Shown here: piece after piece, positions 58,302 to 64,000 of the stretch
Layout of the letters: every line of letters begins with the position of its first letter
Position numbering within the stretch: the first letter of the stretch is position 1
NCBI GenBank assembly: GCA_049282095.1
Contig: JBAPTI010000031.1
Span: 11,419 to 75,418 of the forward strand
Length of the DNA stretch: 64,000 nucleotides
Direction of reading: 5' to 3'
Source of the DNA: Chthoniobacterales bacterium
Lineage (GTDB): Bacteria; Verrucomicrobiota; Verrucomicrobiia; Chthoniobacterales; UBA6821
Notes under the pieces: generated by a model
Databases searched by the model: none
Told to the model about the DNA's origin: nothing
Seen by the model: the letters and a program-made list of their open reading frames with translations, nothing else
Made by a program: the position numbers and the translations under genes

Positions 58302-60044
58302 ATGATCACATCATTTTTTAAACTCCTCTCCCGCTGCTACCGGCTAGCCCTTCCCTATGGGCGGTTGAAGCTTTTTGCTGTTCTTGGACTGATTCTCTTC
58401 AATGGCCTGCTTCAGCTTATTGGCGTCACATCGATCTTTCCGTTCTTTGCGCTGGCAGCTGATCCCGAGCGTATTCGCAACTCCACCTTCGGGACTTGGT
58501 TTCTAAACTTGTTGCCGCAAATGAATAATAACCACTTGCTGGTTGTTGCAGGATGCTTCTCGATTCTCATGCTGGTGATCGCCAGTCTGGGAAGCATGGT
58601 GAGCGAATACCTGCGCGTACGCTATGGGTATGGTTTCTCTCATTGGTTGAGAGGACGTATTTTACGATCATACGCAAGTCAGCCCTACAGCTATTTTCTG
58701 CGGAGAAACTCCGCAGCTCTGACTCTGAGGGTTTTTGATATTCAGAATTTTACCCAGAGCGTGCTTCTTCCAATTGGAGAAATCATTACCAAGTTGGTGT
58801 TGGTCGCCCTACTGCTCGGTACTTTGATCCTCGTGCAACCATGGATTGCATTAGGGGGGATTGTGATTCTCGGGGGATTCTACTTCATAGTGTTTTTGTG
58901 GGTGCGTCCCCGTACCAAGGTAGTTGGCGACGGATTACAGCGTCACAGTGTTGAGTTCAATAAGAATACGAATCAGTTGCTACATGGCATCAAGACAGTC
59001 TTTATCCATGAGAAGAGCAGTTTTTTTATCCAAAGAAGTCTTGAGCATTCCCTGCAGATCGGGCGATATCAGGGATTGATCCCACTCTATAGCAACGGGC
59101 CCCGCTACCTGATCGAGCCGATAGCCTTCGGGGGGCTCGTGGCTATTGTGATCGTGCTGGCAATCCAAGGGCGCCCATTTTCCGACATCTTGCCCAACCT
59201 TTCTGTGATGGCTCTGGCTGCTGCCAAGCTTTTACCAGCGCTCCAACTTCTCTACAGCCAGCTGGTTACGGCGGCTTCCAATAGCTATACCTTGGGCCAG
59301 TTAGAGGAGGAGATCATGGAAATCGAAGAGGAGGCATCCCTCGTTCTACAGGATTGCCCCAAGAAGGAGTCCCTATTCTTCTGCAAGGAGATTAGTCTGG
59401 AGAATCTTACCTTTGCCTATCCCTGTTCGGCACATGACACCATTGAGAGTTTCTCGCTAACCATTCGAAAAAACGAGTCCATTGGTATTGCTGGACCATC
59501 GGGCAGTGGAAAATCGACGCTTGTGGATCTCATCCTTGGGCTGCACTCACCTAGGAGCGGTAGACTTCTAGTGGATGGCATGCAGCTCACAAAAAAAACT
59601 CTGAGGGCCTGGCGCCAGATGATCGGCTATGTTCCTCAAGATATCTACCTCTTGGACGACACAGTGCAGGCAAACATTGCCTTCGGCATCAAACCGGAAG
59701 AAATTGACCTAAATGCCCTGAGAGAAGCGGCGAGTGGCGCCCAGATTCTTGAATTCATTGAAAAAGAGCTACCCGAAGGATTTAAGACAACTGTGGGTGA
59801 ACGTGGTGTTCGACTCTCAGGTGGACAACGTCAAAGAATCGGTCTTGCCCGCGCCCTCTACCATCACCCTCAGGTACTCATTCTTGATGAGGCAACTAGT
59901 GCGCTGGACCATAATACTGAGGCTGCAGTCATGGATACCATTCATCAACTCCAAGGAAAGATGACCATGATCACGATTGCACACCGGCTCAGTACACTGG
60001 AACGTTGTGACAGGGTTGTGGAATTAGTAAGGAAAGTCTCATGA
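58302..60044 (+). CDS. ABC exporter, fused TMD-NBD (MsbA-like)
   Basis: Six N-terminal TM helices, Walker A GPSGSGKST, signature LSGGQRQR and Walker B LILDEATSALD. Confidence 0.88.
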   Translation: MITSFFKLLSRCYRLALPYGRLKLFAVLGLILFNGLLQLIGVTSIFPFFALAADPERIRNSTFGTWFLNLLPQMNNNHLLVVAGCFSILMLVIASLGSMVSEYLRVRYGYGFSHWLRGRILRSYASQPYSYFLRRNSAALTLRVFDIQNFTQSVLLPIGEIITKLVLVALLLGTLILVQPWIALGGIVILGGFYFIVFLWVRPRTKVVGDGLQRHSVEFNKNTNQLLHGIKTVFIHEKSSFFIQRSLEHSLQIGRYQGLIPLYSNGPRYLIEPIAFGGLVAIVIVLAIQGRPFSDILPNLSVMALAAAKLLPALQLLYSQLVTAASNSYTLGQLEEEIMEIEEEASLVLQDCPKKESLFFCKEISLENLTFAYPCSAHDTIESFSLTIRKNESIGIAGPSGSGKSTLVDLILGLHSPRSGRLLVDGMQLTKKTLRAWRQMIGYVPQDIYLLDDTVQANIAFGIKPEEIDLNALREAASGAQILEFIEKELPEGFKTTVGERGVRLSGGQRQRIGLARALYHHPQVLILDEATSALDHNTEAAVMDTIHQLQGKMTMITIAHRLSTLERCDRVVELVRKVS

Positions 60045-60691
60045 TAAATCTTCTTTCCTACTTGAAATCAATTGCAGGAGGGTGGATCGCATTCCTCCGA
60101 AGGAAACAATTACAAGAGGCATGTAGATACCGTTACTGGCGACAAAAAGTCACAATTAATCCGAGGGCTCGGATGAATGGGGAACGTGGTATTGAGTTGG
60201 GGGAGGGCACAGTCATATATGAAAGCGCTCACTTATGTGCCGGATACCTCTTGCCTGATGAGTCAATTCAGAGCGAACCCATTGGTTCAATTGTGATCGG
60301 AAGAAACTGTACTGTGATGCCTGGTGCAATTCTTGCTACCTATGGCGGTAGGATTGAAATTGGAAGCAATGTAAGCATCAATCCAAATGTTATTATCTAT
60401 GGAAATGGAGGGGTTTGGATTGGAGATAAAACTCGCATTGCAGCCCAAGTCGTAATTGTCGCTCAGAACCACATCTTTGCCGACTCCTCGAGGCCAATAA
60501 TGGAACAGGGGTTAAGTACTAAAGGAATCGTTATTGGAAATGATGTTTGGATAGGTGCTGGAGCTAAAATTCTTGATGGGATTACCATTGGAGATGGTGC
60601 GGTGATCGGCGCGGGTGCCGTTGTTAGATCTGATATATCTCCCTACAGCATTGCGGTTGGAGTTCCGGCTAGAGAGGTATCTAGAAGATAG
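60041..60691 (+). CDS. Hexapeptide-repeat (LbH) acetyltransferase
   Basis: Repeated [LIV]-G-x4 hexapeptides (IGSNVSINPNVIIYG...IGNDVWIGAGAKILDGITIGDGAVIGAGAVV). It has a 4-nt overlap with the ABC gene. Confidence 0.85.
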   Translation: MINLLSYLKSIAGGWIAFLRRKQLQEACRYRYWRQKVTINPRARMNGERGIELGEGTVIYESAHLCAGYLLPDESIQSEPIGSIVIGRNCTVMPGAILATYGGRIEIGSNVSINPNVIIYGNGGVWIGDKTRIAAQVVIVAQNHIFADSSRPIMEQGLSTKGIVIGNDVWIGAGAKILDGITIGDGAVIGAGAVVRSDISPYSIAVGVPAREVSRR

Positions 60692-60724
60692 TCTTCCGGA
60701 AAATTGTTCTTAAGAGGTAATCAG

Positions 60725-62956
60725 ATGAGCTTCTCAATCGTTTATATAGTTATAAGCAACGGGAGGGATGAGCATGCCGATATGGCATTGGCTTCAATGT
60801 TATCTACTAAAATTAGCAACCCTCTGATTAGGATTTCTTTGCTCTGTGATGAGAACTCTGCCAAAAGTATCAAAAACAACAAGCATAGAATTCTTAAGGT
60901 ATGTGATGAATTAATACCGGTTACCGTGCCGGATGGTGATGGGACATTCAAAAATCGCTGGATTAAAACTCAGTTGCCCAAATTCATCCAAGGAGATGCA
61001 CTTTATCTTGATTCTGACACTCTTGTTCGATTGCCTTTAAATAAGTTGCCAGACTTGGTCGAGGAGCTGGGAATGGTTGCCAACCACAATGGTGTTAAAA
61101 TCTACGAACAATTCTGGCATGAGGATAGAAAGATCTTCACGAAAATGGGCTGGTCAACTCCTTATATCCAAACTTATTACAATGGGGGGGTACTGTTTTT
61201 TAAGCACTGTTCAAGAACAATTTATTTTTTTGAACAGTGGCACAAATTTTGGTGTGAGAGCACCGATAAGACAGGGAGGCTTCGCGATCAGCCTTCTCTA
61301 AACCAAGCAATCTATTCGAGTAATGTTAAATGCGAGGAACTCCCTTCTTCCTATAATGCACAGATTCCAAGCGACTGGATAAAAAGTCACAATGCCGTGA
61401 TCTGGCATTTCTTTTCCTCATCGCATGATAAATCCAAAACTATATTTGATCACATTCTCTCAGCCATCCCTCGTTCTTCATTGGACAGTCTTAAGCACTT
61501 GATTGGAGAAGTTCTCCAAAGAACTGAACCATGGAAAAACGGGGACTGGATATCTTGCGCTATTTTGCGAGAGTTAACGGAAACAAGGCGGCCTACTATA
61601 CCTGAAACTCACTGGTTAAATGGATGCAAGTTAAAAGCGATAATATATTATATTATTTGCAAGTCTGAATGTGTCTTGGGATACATCTTTTTCAAATCCA
61701 ACATTTCAAAAAAATGTGGGTTTACATCAAAAGAAGAACCAATAAAATTATTAAAAAAACAATTTAGAATTGTTGTTAGTTCTCCTACGTTTGAACTAAG
61801 TGGAGCCAATGTTTTTTTGGCCAAGTTGCTCGATCAACTTCATCAATATGGAGTGGAATCCGATTGGGTTATTACTCATCACTCACCGAATGATATTCAT
61901 CCCTGGTTAGGTAATCACAAGTTCAAGGTTCATAAATTGCCAAACACGAATGTTAAAGAAGTTCGAAGGAGGCAGGAAATCCTGTTGGAATTTCTGAATA
62001 GCCGTCAACCTTGCGTCTATATTCCCAACTACGATGCAGATATGGTTTGTATCACACCGGCGCTTCCAGATGAGGTAAAGAGCGTTTTGATCCTGCACTC
62101 TGATGAAGCATTCTACTATTCTCTTGCTCGAGAGTACGGTTCTTATTTTGATAAGATTGTTGTTGTGAGTTGTGCAATCTACAACAAACTTATAAATTCA
62201 GTATACACACTCAAAGAGAAGACATGTCAACTGTCTTATGGAGTAGATCATGTTTCCAAAAATCATCGTATTCAGCGTGTACCATCCCTCCCTCTTACAG
62301 TAACCTACTGTGGGCGAATCTCGAAGATCCAGAAACGCATTCACGACCTTGTAGCAATCATCAATCGCTCCGATCAGGAGTGTCTGCCGATTGAATATCA
62401 CATTGCCGGAACGGGCTTAGACGAAGAAGAATTCTTTAACCTTGTGAGCATTCCCCTGAGCAAGGGAAAGGTGGTGAATCACGGGTTCCTCTCCAATGAC
62501 GAGACCCGGAAATTACTCGATCATAGCGACGTTTTCATCATGACATCCGATTATGAGGGGCAGTCCATCGCGCTTCTTGAGGCCATGATGCGCGGATGTG
62601 TTCCGGTTGTGACGGCAATTGACAGTGGTGTTGACGAATTGATTATCCATGGATCCACTGGATTCATGGTGCCTGTTGGAGATATTGAAGGCTTTATGGG
62701 GGTGATTAGGACGCTTTCCGAAGACTTATCCAAAGTGATTAAACTGAGTGAAAATATTTCGGATTTTATGGCGAATGGGAAATACAGGATTGATCGGGCT
62801 GCCCTAGAGTATAAGTCGTTGTTTGAATCACTCTTTGATAAACCCAAAAAATACCAAGCAAGGGGTTCAAAAAAGATCCAACTTCCCAAGCATTACAAGC
62901 TTTTAAATCGGTTGAAAAAAAGATTTTTTGGTGATGAAAACCACAAAAAGATATAA
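60725..62956 (+). CDS. Two-domain glycosyltransferase (N-terminal GT-A/GT8-like with DxD; C-terminal GT4-type GT-B)
   Basis: N-terminal YLDSDTLV (DxD) and YNGGVLFF. The C-terminal EGQSIALLEAMMRGCVPVVTAIDSGVDELIIHGSTGFMV is the GT4 EX7E region. Confidence 0.75.
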   Translation: MSFSIVYIVISNGRDEHADMALASMLSTKISNPLIRISLLCDENSAKSIKNNKHRILKVCDELIPVTVPDGDGTFKNRWIKTQLPKFIQGDALYLDSDTLVRLPLNKLPDLVEELGMVANHNGVKIYEQFWHEDRKIFTKMGWSTPYIQTYYNGGVLFFKHCSRTIYFFEQWHKFWCESTDKTGRLRDQPSLNQAIYSSNVKCEELPSSYNAQIPSDWIKSHNAVIWHFFSSSHDKSKTIFDHILSAIPRSSLDSLKHLIGEVLQRTEPWKNGDWISCAILRELTETRRPTIPETHWLNGCKLKAIIYYIICKSECVLGYIFFKSNISKKCGFTSKEEPIKLLKKQFRIVVSSPTFELSGANVFLAKLLDQLHQYGVESDWVITHHSPNDIHPWLGNHKFKVHKLPNTNVKEVRRRQEILLEFLNSRQPCVYIPNYDADMVCITPALPDEVKSVLILHSDEAFYYSLAREYGSYFDKIVVVSCAIYNKLINSVYTLKEKTCQLSYGVDHVSKNHRIQRVPSLPLTVTYCGRISKIQKRIHDLVAIINRSDQECLPIEYHIAGTGLDEEEFFNLVSIPLSKGKVVNHGFLSNDETRKLLDHSDVFIMTSDYEGQSIALLEAMMRGCVPVVTAIDSGVDELIIHGSTGFMVPVGDIEGFMGVIRTLSEDLSKVIKLSENISDFMANGKYRIDRAALEYKSLFESLFDKPKKYQARGSKKIQLPKHYKLLNRLKKRFFGDENHKKI

Positions 62957-63929
62957 ATCTGCAAAACTCGTCATAGTCGGGTACGACTTTCACAGCGAGG
63001 GAGGGGCGTGGCGCTCTATTTATCGTTATTTCAGGTTCTGTGAAGCAATAGGTGAAGATGTGATGCTCATTGACCGTCGAAAGCAGCGTACGCTACGTCG
63101 CTTGGCATGCGCTTTTCTTTTCAGCCCTAAGATTCTTTTTAACGGCATAGAGTCATTCTCCCGCTGGGAGGCGATAGCGGCCTGTCTTCTCCGAAAGGAC
63201 ATACTTGTTTATCTCCATGATACGGAGAGCAGCATACGGGCTTTTTATCAATCCAGTCCGATAAAATATCGGTTTTTCAGATTGATCCTGAGGCGTAACA
63301 CTATTCTGGTTGTTTCCAAGCAAATGGAGGAATATTATCGGCGGGATCTAGGCGTTCAGCGATGCCAAGTGGTGCGTGAGGCGGTGGTATTACCTGAAGT
63401 GCCAGAGTTTGATCCAACTTATCGTCATATCGTCATGGTTGGATCGGTTGAGGAACGAAAGGGAGTTGCGCTTTACTCCGAGGTGGCCCGACTTGCGCTG
63501 GAAAAGGGGCTGAAATGGAAGTTTCATTGGGTAGGAGCGCTGGCAAGTCAGTCCTTGGGAGTGCTCTCCGAAGATATAAGGTGGTGGGGTTGGCAGGATT
63601 CTCCAACTGATTTTATCAAGAAAACTGATGTATTCTTTCTCTCTTCGGTTGATGACCCATTACCTCTCGCTTGCTTGGAGGCGATCTCTCTAGGGAAACG
63701 TTGTCTCGTATACCGGGGCACTGGAATCTCCGAACTGTTGGATGGGGTGGGGGGATGCGCCGTCATGGAGCATTATACCCCCGAGGAGGCTCTGATGCAG
63801 CTGGGGGCGATCCTTAATCAGGAGCCAGATTCACAAAGACTACTTGAGATTGCCACTCAGGAGGGTTCGCTTCCAGCCTTTGCGGAGAAAGTCAACCAAG
63901 TTTTAAACCCCGACACTCGTCTTCCATGA
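62928..63929 (+). CDS. GT4-family glycosyltransferase
   Basis: MVGSVEERKGVALY...DVFFLSSVDDPLPLACLEAISLGKRCLVYRGTGISELL is a GT-B C-terminal domain. The start is 62928 or 62934. Confidence 0.75.
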   Translation: MVMKTTKRYKSAKLVIVGYDFHSEGGAWRSIYRYFRFCEAIGEDVMLIDRRKQRTLRRLACAFLFSPKILFNGIESFSRWEAIAACLLRKDILVYLHDTESSIRAFYQSSPIKYRFFRLILRRNTILVVSKQMEEYYRRDLGVQRCQVVREAVVLPEVPEFDPTYRHIVMVGSVEERKGVALYSEVARLALEKGLKWKFHWVGALASQSLGVLSEDIRWWGWQDSPTDFIKKTDVFFLSSVDDPLPLACLEAISLGKRCLVYRGTGISELLDGVGGCAVMEHYTPEEALMQLGAILNQEPDSQRLLEIATQEGSLPAFAEKVNQVLNPDTRLP

Positions 63930-64000
63930 AAGTTCTGATCGTCGAGGATGCCCTCAACAGTCTGCAGGGACATTGGTTTCAGTATATCTCCGATCTTGTC
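63926..64000 (+). CDS. 5' end of a further ORF (MKVLIVEDALNSLQGHWFQYISDLV...), truncated by the window edge
   Basis: It has an ATGA overlap with the preceding GT gene. Only 25 codons are visible, so function is unknown. Confidence 0.4.
   Translation, partial: MKVLIVEDALNSLQGHWFQYISDLV

Overview
This is a 64-kb, GC-rich bacterial chromosomal segment. The taxon cannot be determined from the sequence alone; gene content is compatible with a Verrucomicrobiota-like organism (inference only). I support about 55 protein genes and one tRNA. From 0 to 44 kb the genes are mostly housekeeping: nth, nusA-infB-rbfA-nrnA-truB-ribF, a GNAT/RHH toxin-antitoxin pair, aroE, gltX, ispD, folD, ubiX, xylB, rplS-rnhB-yraN, a translationally coupled miaB-rex-ogg-tonB-exbB chain, a GH-like/GT2 membrane synthase, carB, manA, ftsK, rimO and mlaEFD. 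After tRNA-Leu(CAA) at 44.5 kb comes an exopolysaccharide locus: O-antigen-ligase-like/TPR protein, beta-barrel, Wza-like, Wzc-like, UDP-xylose synthase and UDP-glucose dehydrogenase. From about 56.9 kb the sequence is visibly AT-richer and carries a glycan island: higBA-like pair, truncated ATPase, ABC exporter, acetyltransferase and glycosyltransferases. Four things stand out. (1) A TA-duplicating ~276-bp MITE family has 3 full copies, one 535-bp mosaic copy and 2 fragments; one copy splits a reconstructable ATGA miaB/rex overlap while leaving both ORFs open. (2) There is an in-frame TAA inside essential infB. (3) Phased 7-9-nt word arrays form the leaders of many genes. These include a 34-nt near-identical CU-rich leader shared by xylB and miaB, and inverted AAAGGCT/AGCCTTT arrays bracketing uxs and a 23S-IVS-type four-helix-bundle gene. 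(4) There is a tandem TTGTTC-N10-GAACAA operator-like pair. I saw no CRISPR array, rRNA, transposase or integrase gene. All family calls come from motif recognition by eye; no searches were run.
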